64,000 nucleotides of DNA from Tubulanus polymorphus (Eukaryota > Animalia > Nemertea). Each line of letters opens with the position of its first letter. The first letter of the stretch is position 1. Of this stretch, positions 1-12,375 are shown piece by piece. Position numbers and translations under genes: made by a program. The stretch spans positions 17,459,101 to 17,523,100 of the forward strand of contig NC_134025.1 in the NCBI RefSeq assembly GCF_964204645.1, in the 5' to 3' direction. Under the pieces are notes generated by a model. That model was not told the origin of the DNA and made no database searches. It saw nothing but the letters and a program-made list of their open reading frames with translations.

Positions 1-140
1 GTCTACTAGCTGTTAATCATATTCCTGACTAAAAATTTAGTCCAGTAAAAACTATTTACGGCGACCTACCCACTGATAGAAGAATAACCGATATTTTTTT
101 TCTATACAGAAAATAAATGTCCTACCTACCTACCCATTTT

Positions 141-299
141 GGGATCATTCATTTATTACGTAAGCATAAAATTTGAATTTTTCAACCCCCCTCCGCTCTG
201 TACGCAAAATCGGCCATTTTTTTCATATACACTAAGCATCACAGAACGCAATTGCACTGACCCCTCCCCGAATGCATACGTAATAAATGAATGACCCCC
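141..299. mobile_element. ~160-bp MITE (Tourist/Harbinger-like), copy 1
   Basis: TIRs GGGATCATTCATTTATTACGTA...TACGTAATAAATGAATGACCCC; near-identical copy at 3002-3158 flanked by TTA. Confidence 0.75.
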
Positions 300-1544
300 T
301 TACAGTGCCGTACAGGTATATATATATATATATAATTTGTGAAAACAATTTTTCAAAACTGGCCATCTAGGTTTTTTAATACCTTGATCTCTTCTTTACT
401 CTGTGAGCTTTTTGGAGCCTGACTTTCCTTTACTAAGCAGAGATGATATGACGCTTGGTCCATGACTATAAGGGAAGGTTCCTCTAATGCTGGAATCAAT
501 TGCTCCTCGAGCCATGTTTCGAATATGTCTCCTGAAAAGCACATAGAATATGATTAGTTTCGAAATTGATGATTGATGTAGGCTGAATCGATCAGCATTT
601 TTCATACGACTATTAGAGAGTGATATTTTTGATGGGTATACTTTTTTGAGATATCAGTTGTCACACAATCAGAGCAATTTATGCTATGGAGGGGCTGGCT
701 GCTCAAAGGTTGTTTTAAATCAATTTTTGAGCAACCGGCCCCTGGGCCCAGTTTCACAAAAGTTTCACAGTTTGAGTTTAACTCAAACTTCATGTTTTCA
801 ACGAGGACAATAATTCAAACTTAACCAATAAGACCTTTACCAGATATTAACCACCAAAACTGACTGAGCTAGGCAATCTGATATGCTCTGAAGCCAAGTT
901 GAAATAGACATTAATATGGATATTGAAAACAAAGACTTAATAATATTTACCATCCATTTGGTGATGATAATCTCCAGAACCATTTTTTGCTTCAAAAACC
1001 AGGTTTGCACCTGGCACAAAGCCATTTCGACTTCCTGCATCTAAAATGATTAGGCGTGCACCTTTACCATTTTGCTCTACTCGTCCGCAATCCTAACTTG
1101 GTGGATGGGAAAAGTTGGTCATTCCTTTTTCCCAATTTTCTGTCCATTCGCCTGTTGAAGATTATAGTGATTCCAGGTTTAAAAACAGGTAACATACAAT
1201 GTACTTTGTCTTAGCAGAGATAAGATGCATGTGAAAAATATGGGGAAAAAATTTCTGAAAACTTAATTTCTGTATGAAACTTTTTTTTCGAACATTTTTG
1301 CCTGGTAATTTCTTTATACAGTCAACCCCGATATACCGCCCTCCCATTTACCGCCACCCCCGCCTTCTGCCAGGTTTTCTCAATGTAATGTCTCAATACC
1401 AATACATAGTAATACACCCCCGATACACCCCCTATATTCTCTATACCGTCAATATTGTTCTGCATCGATGTGGGCAGTATATCGTGGGGGTTGACTGTAG
1501 TTTTACTTGTAGGCTGTATATGTTCTTCTATCTGTGGGCTCTAA

Positions 1545-2634
1545 TGCTAAGTTATTCTACTATTCAACACCCCCTGGTGACCATATAGAATAACTAAGGC
1601 TAAAAAAATTGATACCTAGTTTCTCCGCTCTGCTGAGCTTAAATGTTGACCCGGCCGGCCGCATATCTACCCTATACATTACTTTTTTAAAAATTGTGAT
1701 CAATTTTACCATAACAGACCCGGCCGCTATAGAAATGAACTGTTGATAAATTTCATCATATTTTACAAAAATGACCCAGCCGCTGCGGAGAAACAAGGTA
1801 TCATTTTTGTTTAACCTAATGTCCTTAAAACTCACCAAAATCATGGAAGATGTCATGAGCTACAACTTTGTAATTGATTGTGGTAACAAAATATGCATAG
1901 GTACAAATATAATATAGAAATAATAAGTTATTGTATTATTCAACGCCCCCTGGTGGCCACATGCAAAAACCAATGACCTTGAAACTCACCAAAATCATAG
2001 AACACGTTATGGGCTACAACTTTCCAATTGCATATAGTAACACAGTATGCTTAGGTATCAATTTAATGTGGAAAAACTTTTTCCTACCTACGAATGAGTA
2101 CTGATGACACCAAGATGGCCGCCAATTGGCTGATCAAAAATACCTGTCTCAGGTATGAAACATCCCTTTCCAAAGAATATCAATCAGCAATTGCAATGAG
2201 AAATGGCAAACCAGTAGGAAGCTACAGGACTCGGAATTCGGGCCAAAGTTAACATTTTTGGGCACTTAAAAGGTCCTAGGACGGCCATCTTGAGTAAGGT
2301 CGACCCAATTTTTGTTATGCTGATGGGCCCTTGGTAGATTCAAATACAAACGAATGATCAAGGTAATTGATCAAAGCGTCTTCAAAATTTCCCTCGAAAA
2401 CTTTAAAAATGTGTAAAAAGTGCTGATTTTGGCGAACATCAATGGCTGCCAGTCGGCCATCTTGATTGTGACAGGGCTAGTTTTTTGGCTGAAGATGTGT
2501 CTAGGGTAGATACATGTATAAACCAAATATCAAGACATTACCTTGAAGCGTCTTCAAAACTTCCCAAAATAACTGAATTCCGTCTACGGACGGACGACAG
2601 ACGAAAAGTGAACGCAATAGCCCGCTGGGACTAA
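1545..2634 (-). mobile_element. Non-autonomous Helentron-type element fragment with satellite-like internal units
   Basis: Repeated unit CCCCTGGTGACCAT...CTCACCAAAATCATAGAAC...CTACAACTTT and end ACGAAAAGTGAACGCAATAGCCCGCTGGGAC shared with 15991-16968; also homologous to 58117-58725. Confidence 0.65.
1598..1816. mobile_element. ~220-bp MITE, copy 1
   Basis: TIR GGCTAAAAAAAATTGATACC..GTTTCTCC; TAA on both flanks; other copies at 2635-2853 and 3554-3774. Confidence 0.85.
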
Positions 2635-2853
2635 GGCTAAACAAAAATGATACCTTGTTTCTCCGCAGCGGCTGGGTCATTTTTGTAAAATATGATGAAA
2701 TTTATAAACAGTTCATTTCTATAGCGGCCGGGTCTGTTATGGTAAAATTGATCACGATTTTTTAAAAAGTTATGTATAGGGTAGATAGGCGGCCGGCCGG
2801 GTCAACATTTAAGCTCAGCAGAGTGGAGAAACAAGGTATCAATTTTTTTAGCC
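2635..2853. mobile_element. ~220-bp MITE, copy 2 (inverted)
   Basis: Reverse complement of 1598-1816 and 3554-3774. Confidence 0.85.
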
Positions 2854-3001
2854 TTAATATCCATATTTGCACATCCCTCTCAGAAGGGATTCGAAAATGA
2901 TGGCATCAAGACTGCTGCAGTATGAAATCCAGCTTGACTAGCCCTAGTGCACAGCTTTGCTGAAAACTTGCTTACCAATTATCAGATAACCTGATCACTT
3001 A

Positions 3002-3158
3002 GGCATCATTCATTTATTACGTACGCATAAAATTTTAATTTTCAACCCCCCTTCCCTGTGTACGCAAAATCGGCCATTTTTTTCATATACACTAAGCATC
3101 ACAGAACGCAATTGCACTGACCCCTCCCCGAATGCATACGTAATAAAGGAATGACCCC
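3002..3158. mobile_element. ~160-bp MITE, copy 2
   Basis: Matches 141-299; TTA on both sides. Confidence 0.75.
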
Positions 3159-3553
3159 TTAGGCAAATTTTGCGGATAATTATAGTTGAGATAACTTGGA
3201 CAATGGACATTGATAAGCTAATGATGAGCAATGCTTATGTATCCGGGCTACTCTGGCTGGATTTTTGGCTGTGGCGATCTCTTGAAGCAATCATGTTGGA
3301 ATCATTGTCAGGGAGGATGTGTTTTGTCTGGCAGTTGTTGATTCTTACCCATCTATTGTAATGTATTTCTTATCTCTGGTCATATCATGAATTTCTCTTC
3401 GGATTATATCTTGATCAAATTGGTCTAGTTCAGCTATAGATGGACGTCCGGTTTTACTAGGTTCAGTTACTGAAGACTTTTTTTCTGAAAATCCATTGAA
3501 AATTGAGTTCAAGTTCATTTATCGAACCAGCAGGGTTTGCAAAAAAAGAGTAA

Positions 3554-3774
3554 GGCTAAAAAAAATTGATACCTTGTTTCTCCACTCTGCTGAGCTTAAA
3601 AGTTGACCCGGCCGGCCGCCTATCTACCCTATACATTACTTTTTTTTTAAATCGTGATCAATTTTACCATAACAGACCCGGCCGCTATAGAAATGAACTG
3701 TTTACAAAATTTATCATATTTTATAAAAATGACCCGGCCGCTGCGGAGAAACAAGGTATCATTTTTGTTTAGCC
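3554..3774. mobile_element. ~220-bp MITE, copy 3
   Basis: Same TIRs, TAA target duplication. Confidence 0.85.
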
Positions 3775-4659
3775 TAAAAAGTTTGTATTGTATGATTTTC
3801 TATAGGCCTGAATGTAGAAAACCGGTCTTTAATAATATGTTTTGAAACATGTCTTTTTAATCAAGATTTTTTTTGTAATAGGCCTATGAAAAATTATTAC
3901 CTTTGTATTTTTGAAGTGTATATAGTTTATTACTTAAAATGAAATTTATAACAGGCTTTCTCTAGGCCTAAATAATTATATGAAAAATAAAGTGTTTTTA
4001 ATTGATATGATCGCCATCAGTTCTCTTCAAATCAATGTTTTTGTTTTTGTGTAGTGAGAGATCCTTCAGCTCGCGGCTATTTATAATAGTAAATAAACAA
4101 CGCATGACTTCCTTCTATGACATACCGTAATTCCTCTTAATCGAATCTGTGGATACTTTTTTCTTGAGAGCGGCCCGAATTCTTTCGTAGGTGTTGTTGT
4201 TTGGGATATTTCGGCCTGTCCTCTCTTCTCGACGTAGGTGTGATGTGAATAGATTTATGATTTCCCATTGTGGTTTTGAAAAGCTCATTGTGTTGCGCGT
4301 TCGTTTGTACGTGTTTACTATTAAGCGATTAACCTGAATGCATATGCATAAGCGCACTATTGCAACACTGTGATTCGTTGAGCATTAATTAAATTCAAAA
4401 GCTACCACCCCTACGCAGAAATTCCGCATCATAGCGCATGCGCACATGAACCGGAAAAAGACGAACATGGCGGTTGTTTTCGCCGATTTAAGATGCGATT
4501 TCCTACACTTCTTACCAATCCTTCTAAGCGGTGATAAACGGATAAAATATCGGATATTCATATGTCGTCCGCGACTTTTGTGGTCACGATAAGACCTAAA
4601 TGAGGTATGTACTACAAATATTAAGCAAGATATCGCGAAAAAACAGGTCTCATACATTA

Positions 4660-5216
4660 ATGAATAGACTTTAGCAATATTTGGATCACGCGGCCATTTG
4701 AATAACAAGGAATCTTGTGTACTACAATTGTAGTACACACAACGCCGTGGCATAGTTTAAAATCGTTTTAAAATCTTTTTATAATCACTTTATCTCCTGT
4801 TGTTATCGCTATCTGAACGAGGCTGATAATACTTCCGGGTTCTCAACATCTCGCGCTGACGTCACCACAGGGGATTACCCGAGATTGCTGAGCATCGCGA
4901 CTACGTATATTTTGGTTTGCCGTAGCAAGAAAAAACCTCTTAAAAGTATTCGAAATGAAAACAAATATACCTAAGGTCATTAGATTATCATTTATTAGAT
5001 TTTAGATTAGATTAGATTTTATTTTACTTATAATCATCGCTATAATACATATACATTATATTTACGGGCAGAGTCATCGATTTTCAACAAAAAATTTAAT
5101 ATAGTAAATAATAAATTATAGTAAATTTTACCAGCATAATTAACATAGATGGCGATTCACGCATTACATCTTAATGGATTGATTCAAGGGAAAAAACAAA
5201 ATTGTTCAGTAGTCCT
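4660..5216 (-). mobile_element. Possible Kolobok-like element end with a THAP-domain N-terminus
   Basis: MPRRCVYYNCSTQDSLLFKWPRDP from 4753 resembles a THAP start; minus strand reads TTAA|AGGACTAC at 5220-5209, where homology to the viral remnant stops. Confidence 0.4.
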
Positions 5217-5485
5217 TTAAGAATTCATTGTGTATTTGTTAAACTCTGCATTTATTATACATATTTTCATTAAAATTGATTTCATTGATATAATATTCAT
5301 TTATATAATGTTCATATATATGAATATTATTAGAGTAATGGGGTAAGTGTTGTTTCATATCAGAGGTTGAAAGGTTGAGTGAGTGAAAAATAAAAAATAA
5401 ATTCGAGCGTGTGAAAATTTATTTTTTATTTTTCATGAGCTCGACCTTTCGACCTCTGGTATGAAAAGACACTCACTCCATTACT
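5217..5485 (-). mobile_element. Terminal remnant of a third Polinton-like element (hairpin plus start of the MESKQ-type gene)
   Basis: 5217-5333 aligns to 36228-36432; fold-back 5334-5485 AGTAATGG...AAATAAATTC-gagcgtgtga-AAATTTATTT...CCATTACT. Confidence 0.85.
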
Positions 5486-7615
5486 ACAGTCAGTTACGGT
5501 AATAGTGAAAATAAAAAGGTACATTTGGGTGTACAGTGACCACAATATTCCAAGTACCATAGCACTCATACCAGAGACATTTTATTCAGACTAAGGATTA
5601 TAAATAAAACACTGATCTTCATTTCCATTAATTAATGATCTGTTGAATTAATTAGTTATCCAGTTGTCGGTGTTCGAGATGAAATGCCGGCAAAATAAGA
5701 ATCTAACGAACCAGGGCTGACCACAAATTGCCCAACAGATAAATTCTCGAATCGACACAATCCAATCATGTTGGGGGTTTCAAATAAATCGTGGCGTAGA
5801 CCTTGGTCTATTAACTAACCAATGCATCACCAGTACTGGTCATATAATAAATTATCTCTTTTGTAAACAATAAAGTTGTTTGGTGTCAAATAACTAGATT
5901 TGATGTGGACATCAATCTAAAAATTGTTTAACTGACCAAGGCTTGACCAGTACAGACCAGTTACCAGTGCAAACCAGAACCCATCATAAGTAATCTATAT
6001 GTTGAGTATTAGTAGGCCTAAGCAATAAAATCGTGTTTGGGTGTTGAGCAACTATGGCGCGAGCTATGATCTAACAACTATTTAACTGACCAAGTTTTGA
6101 CCAATACTGACCACCTAGCTATATTTATCTGTTTCGGACACAACACTGTCGTGTCTGGTATCAAATAATTTCACATGGCCTAGACGTATATATAGCAACA
6201 CTATTCCCTGAACAAGCTACACCAGTACTGTCTAATTGGCGGTTAAATGTTTTTAGAAATGACACGGGGTATTGCCTGAATCCTTCGTTTGTAGGTAGCG
6301 AGCTAACTTTGGAATTTCCCACTAAATGCAAACGATATTCACGTGGGATTTTGAACGAACAACGTTTCAATTTGTAATTGTAACGTGCGATTTCATACAT
6401 ATGAACGTGGTAAACGTTCTTATTTGAGCCGGTATCGCGCACATTTCACTCGCGTGAACGTGCGTATATTTAACCCCATACGGGCCCCGGGGCACCGGTG
6501 ACTCATACCTTAGATGGGCCCCATTCCCATTGACACTATTCAGACATGCTACGTATCAATAATTATTTTCAAATCATCAGAAATCATGGAAACATATTTT
6601 TTAGATTAAAGGATTAAACCTTTGACAATCTGAATACAGTCCCAAATTGATTAGTCACGATGGTTTATTCAGACTAGAGTTTTACAGGTCGAATATTGGG
6701 ACCAAATTAAGATATGTGCTCAAAAGATTAAACGAATTTCCGACAAATGTGTCTGACAAAAATAAATAGGGTCAAATCCATAGGGATCGAGCAGGGATCG
6801 CGGGAACCTGTCATAACTCATGACTTTATGGACCTCCTCACACACAGAATGAATGACCGAACGAAATAAACTAGAAATCAAATTTATACATCTTTTCTAT
6901 CACCATGAAAAAATAATGGAGATATGAAAATTCATTGATATTTTTTTATTCATTACGGTTTACAAACATGAATAGGTAAAACATATTTGCCGATTATACA
7001 TATTCATAGATGGACGCTTCATTTCAACTTATATGCCGAGTAGAGTATCGTGACTGTCGACTACTTTGATCACTGTTATTGTCTTAGGTTGATGTTACTA
7101 GTTTCGTGCACACAAACACATGTAATATGTTTTAAAACGCCTTAAAAGAATCAAAAAACGTAATCGTCTGTTCGAATCATATTTAAATGCACCCGATCGA
7201 CGACCTTGACATCTATGATGATCGAAAATCTCTCAAGGTCGGAAGGTAACATTTGATCCCTGGATCTTATCAACCGTTCGTCATTGGGTGCACTGTCAAT
7301 GACTGATTTTTGAGACATCCTATTTTACTAATTTGTAGTCAGTGTGGGATGTTTGGTTTTGTAAGAATAGTGAGGGGTGGAGGGTTGACAATTCAATCAT
7401 TCTTCATTAATTCCAAAAAGTACAAAGCTTTATAGGATAAGAAAGGTTAATAAAGAAACAACACTACCGTCAAGATAATAAACCTTGCTGTAGGCGGCTG
7501 TCTTCGTATTTTGCAAACTATGCATTATTCAACGAAGCACTCCCGTGACAGGACAATGGCTGCGTCCATGAACAGGGTCATGGAGTTCATTGTGTCATTG
7601 GAAAACACAAATTTA

Positions 7616-7692
7616 CATCTCAGTAGTCTAGTAAAAACTTGCTACGCTTGTAAACGCTGGCTGACCCGGGTTCGAATACTGCTCTGCCCACT
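7616..7692 (+). repeat. tRNA-derived SINE-like head
   Basis: A-box-like TAGTCTAGT and B-box GGTTCGAATAC; no complete cloverleaf. Confidence 0.4.
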
Positions 7693-8386
7693 TTATTTTA
7701 CTTTTCTTCACACTTTCATTGGATTTTCTAAATTGTATGCTTCAGTTATAATTAACATACATTGTTAACGATATTTTATTAAGTATTAACGTATTGACAA
7801 AATATCACCTGCCACATTGACAGACTATTAATGATCGTTTTGATCGTGTGGTGGCCAAAAATGCACACAGATTACACTACTACCGATCAGACCCCTTGCT
7901 AACAACTGCTTTGCTACCAACCTTCCAATATGTATAGTGTTTCTCCCTCGAGTTAATGGGAGAATTTTAAGATGGAATTAATGATTGCGAGGCCGCGAAT
8001 AAATGAAATTGTCAACTCATTGAATTGAAAGACAAACACACTTCACACATCTCATACAGTTTTAGATTGCACCTGTATACCCACTGATAACACTTAATTC
8101 TCTGACCGAAGATTCGAATGTTATTTAATTTGGCAGTCTATCTTATTTATCTAGCTTTTCAATTGTTATCAGCGATTTAACTGATAAGTAGATATGAAGT
8201 AGACCCCGTGATTCAAAGCTATATAGATTTCGTACCCTAAGAAGTGTCTCAAACAAGACCTTAACACGTTAGAAGAAGCGGTAAGTACGTTACGGGTTTT
8301 CATTAGTTGCTTAATCCATCCAGATATCCTCATAAATGTGGATTAAAGTTCGGTCAACTATTAGACAATCTCTATTAGACATAATA

Positions 8387-8446
8387 GGACGTTTCGTCAG
8401 GTGTGGACCTGACGATGATCTCTAGTGTGAGATCGAAACGTAGTGT
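8387..8446 (+). ncRNA. Degenerate Penelope-type minimal hammerhead ribozyme motif
   Basis: CTGACGA (8409-8415)-t-GATCTC-tagtgt-GAGATC-GAAAC (8435-8439), preceded by inverted partial copy ACGTTTCGTCAGG. Confidence 0.55.
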
Positions 8447-10471
8447 TTTTACATTTTAGAAACAAATTTTCGATTTTAAATTCTTTTAATTTTACATAGT
8501 GGGTTTTTATCCTATTATCCGTTCACCACGTTTGAGTGTGGTTATCGTAACATTCTATTAGATATTTTGCTTTTTTATCATAGCCATACGTACATATCAA
8601 CTAAGTAGCGACTATAATAGAGAAAACGGGGATATTATATCTTCTTCTATTTCATGGTTCACGATGTCTATTACTAGCCTAACTGGAATATTTCGACGTC
8701 TTCCAAGTTAAATGTAAAATGGAGAAAAATGCATTTCTCGCACGTGCAAAGATATTATCTGATATCAGCTGTAAGCAGCTTTGAAAATAGTTTTGAAAGA
8801 GCAGTATGTTCTATGTTTTTGGAGCGAGGTCAATTACTCTTACCAAACCAATTTTGTTTGATGGAATGACAGATATTTTGCAGTGGAAGATGAATGCTTA
8901 CGTCGTTGAACTGCGCAGTATATTATTTCCTATATGGTCGTAATATTGATATTTTAACGCCAAATGTTCTTTTTTGAAAACAATAAGTAATAGTCCTTGA
9001 TTTTAAGTCACACTGGTAGGTTGCATGGAAGGAACAAACTCCCAAAGTGTCTGATTGAAGGCGGATTTTAACGAGGGTCCATCCCACAGCACTTTCCGAG
9101 ATTTCTTATCGAGTTAATCGATACCGACGTAGAGGTTCGGGAATTTCAGAATTCACATCCGTCATCAATAAAGTTCATCAAACGTTACATCTGAACAATT
9201 TTTGGTTTATAAGACATCATAGGTCAATTTGATAATCTAAAGGGAAATATTTTCGGTTTAAACAGTAGATCGCGGGAGGAGCACGATGGACACGCAGTAT
9301 CGAGAAAATCAACAGGCTTTTTATATTAATGCATGGGTTTTCATGATATTCGATTATTAGCTGTTTTTGTTTCTTTACGGAAAACCCTGTTGATATTTAA
9401 TATGTGATGGGTCTCTGTTGCTTACGCATAAATCCATTTTTGACTTCGTCATATATCGACGGAGTCTTCATAATGGCTCTGGAGACCTATCCGGAAATAA
9501 TTTGCTCACATAATTCCGTGTATCGAAACTAAGTCTTTTGAACCGTGCACGTGATCAGTGCCAGGGTTTTTGTTGACGTGAGCCCCGACGAGTGGAAATC
9601 TAACCCTGACAATCGAGGATGAATCACAGATCGTGAAGTGGTGCCACATGATTACAAAATGGCCGCATTTCATTTTCGGCTGTGGGGGGTCGCCATTTTG
9701 TGAATGCACATGATTTCTATCTTGGCGCTGATTGGCTGTTTTTGATTGGATTCGAAGCGATTCGTCGCTAGTAGCCGCACACTACGCGATTTGCTGCCGA
9801 TCCTCGGCGATCTTGTCGCCGAATATCTAGCATGCCAGATACTGAGCGATCTTGTCGCCGGCGACGATTTGTCGGCCGACAATGTTTGCCAGTGACTCGG
9901 ACTGCTCGGACTCGGCGATTTTGTCGCTTGCGACGAAAATCGCCGAGAAATCGCCTAGTGTGCACCCGGCTTAAGAGACCAATAAGCGACCATCTTATTA
10001 TGATGTTGCTAGTACATTGTATTCAAAACAGAATCAGAAAGATAAAGATCTTAAAGAAATACTTTTCTAATACAAACAGATTTCCCAATAATTCAAAATA
10101 ATTCAAATTTATTCTCAAAATGCTTATCAGGTGAGCATCTGAGCCGTTGCAGTTGCCAGTATTCGTAACTGACATAAGCAGAGAAGCAACTGGGAGGATC
10201 TCGTATCCCGCTAGTCGACATCAGTTGCTGCGAATCCGAGCGCAGTCGACATAAGCGTGGCTGCGATCGCGGTTGCTCTCAGTTGCGTTGGTAAGAGTCG
10301 GTAGGCGTCGCGTTGCTTGTCGACATAAGCCAGCCTAAATACTTACGTGGTTTCGATGCCTTACATTACGCTGCGCCCATTCTATGAACATCCGCTTTTT
10401 GCTTCTTTTCGCCAGCGGTCCTATTTTATTACTTTTTTTTATCTGATTCAGCCAATATCGCTTATCTTATC

Positions 10472-10528
10472 AAAACTAAAAATATTTTACTGATGCTTGC
10501 TGGTGACATAGAATCAAATCCCGGTCCT
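10472..10528 (+). other. 2A/StopGo ribosomal-skip peptide
   Basis: KTKNILLMLAGDIESNPGP fits D-[VI]-E-x-N-P-G-P. Confidence 0.8.
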
Positions 10529-12267
10529 CAACCATCGGGAATTAATGTTCTCTATTCAAATATCCGCAATATCTCAGCTGACGACGGTAGTAGATTTGAA
10601 CTACTCAAACATCAAGTGATTATTTCATCAATCGAAATTGTTGCTCTCGCTGAGGTCGGAGACATACGAAACAAATTAGATGAATTTCAAATACCCAATT
10701 TTGATGTACTGTTTTATACTTGGGAATACAGGATCTTATTATTTACGTTAAATCATCACTAAATCCGAGCCTTAGAAACGACCTTAGGACTAACTCATAT
10801 TCTATTTGGATATCTTTAAAAGTCCGCTACAATTTATTCTCCCTAGATTTTTATTATAGATCACCTTCACAAAAGAGAGATATGCGTAAAGATTTTCTCC
10901 TTAATCTAAAAAAAAATCAGTGGAAACAGTCCGCGTTAATCAAGATCCCTCGAAAAGTGGTATTAGGTGACCTTAATAGTAACTAGAAAGAAACTTATTG
11001 ATAGGACGACGACAGAGAATAGAAATTAAAAGTGGAACTCAGGGTGAAGACGAGTTAGGTTGGTTGCTAAGGCTTACACACTGTAGTGCTTTTCAAACAC
11101 ATTTGCAAGTCAGGTCCAAACGAAGTTCCACTGTAGACAAAGAGTTGAACATATAATGCAAGTTTAAGGTATTACAGAGATTTAAGGCAAGACGGAGCAG
11201 TTAGCATCCCTGCAAGTTTGAAAACTAGAGGGAAAAAGGTCCCAAGGCTTGAAATATTGTAAGCTCGATCAACAAAATCGTCGTCGGTATGGATTGATAT
11301 TGCCTTACATACAATTAGAGGGGTTGAGAAGCGAAGGTATCATTTTAGCCATCGGTGCATGTTTAATCAAAGTTATACTTACCATGACCACCGGATACAG
11401 TCTGCTCTCGGCACAATCGCCAAGAACCCATGACATAGGCCAATGACCATGCAGTCCATGGGGTACAAGCTTCACATCCATTTGTTAACGCAGTTATTTG
11501 AAGCTGTTCACAGACTGAACCATAGGCCAACTGCTAACTGTACCCTTAGGCCCTGGAGCTAGTCAAACGATCGACCGAGTGGAACAGAATGAATATTTAC
11601 CAGCAGTCTCATTAGAATTCTTACATGATATCTTAAAGATTGATTATGGGAATCTATGACTTGAAAAATGTTTGATAGATCAGGGAGAATGATACAAAAC
11701 AACTACGATGAGGGTGTAGGCCGGTTACTGACGAGAAGTTACCTGATCGTTGGTGGTTAAAGCTTTTATAATCGGATCGGATTTTTGTGAAAATATCCGA
11801 ACGTGGAACTAATATGGCTACAGTCGAAATTAAAACTAGTTACTGACGAAATTAAGTTTCCGACTTAAAGGTTTTAATGGTTTCACAAAAGGAATTTTTT
11901 ATAGTAAAAGTTATCGTGATTAATATTTCTTCTGCTAATTCAAGACCTTTTTGATAAACGAGCGTGTGGATTGTAGCCTACGCGCGACACGCTCCGTAAC
12001 GCGCATCATCTATTACTAATACATACACGGTGATCGCCGCGTATATAAGGCAATATTGCCTACGGGACTGTAACTAATGTTATCGACGCGCGCTCTCATC
12101 ATCACTGTGCCGCAAACTAGATACACATAATCGGACTCTAAAAACGGATCGCTGACGCGAAAGTCCAAAAGAATTAATGACGATAAATCATTTTACTAGT
12201 AATAGTAAGATAGTTTTCAGCGTTGTTCAGCGTACCGTCGTCATAAAAATTCTAACTGGTACCCTGG

Positions 12268-12375
12268 GTCCAGTTCCACAGTTCGGAGTTAAAATTTGAC
12301 CCTGAGTTAACTCATTGAAAATGAACTAATTTTAACTCAGAGTTGACTCTAACTCACAACTGTGGAACTGGGTCC
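12268..12375. mobile_element. Small palindromic MITE
   Basis: CCAGTTCCACAGTT...AACTGTGGAACTGG with CTG at both flanks. Confidence 0.55.

Larger units (their letters stand above)
383..4290 (-). pseudogene. Intron-containing IS630/Tc1-superfamily (DDE_3-like) transposase relic, fragmented by MITEs
   Basis: Minus-strand pieces, the last three with GT/AG borders: ~4290-4115 (NTYERIRAALKKKVSTDSIKR), 3484-3349 (LDQFDQDIIRREIH), 1151-951 (GKGARLIILDAGSRNGFVPGANLVFEAKNGSGDYHHQMD, one in-frame TAG), 531-383 (FETWLEEQLIPALEEPSLIVMDQASYH). Confidence 0.7.

Noticed and set aside
8100-8280. Arginase 5'-UTR exon
   Set aside because: Supported only by a GTAAGT donor and the acceptor at 15760; not called without transcript data
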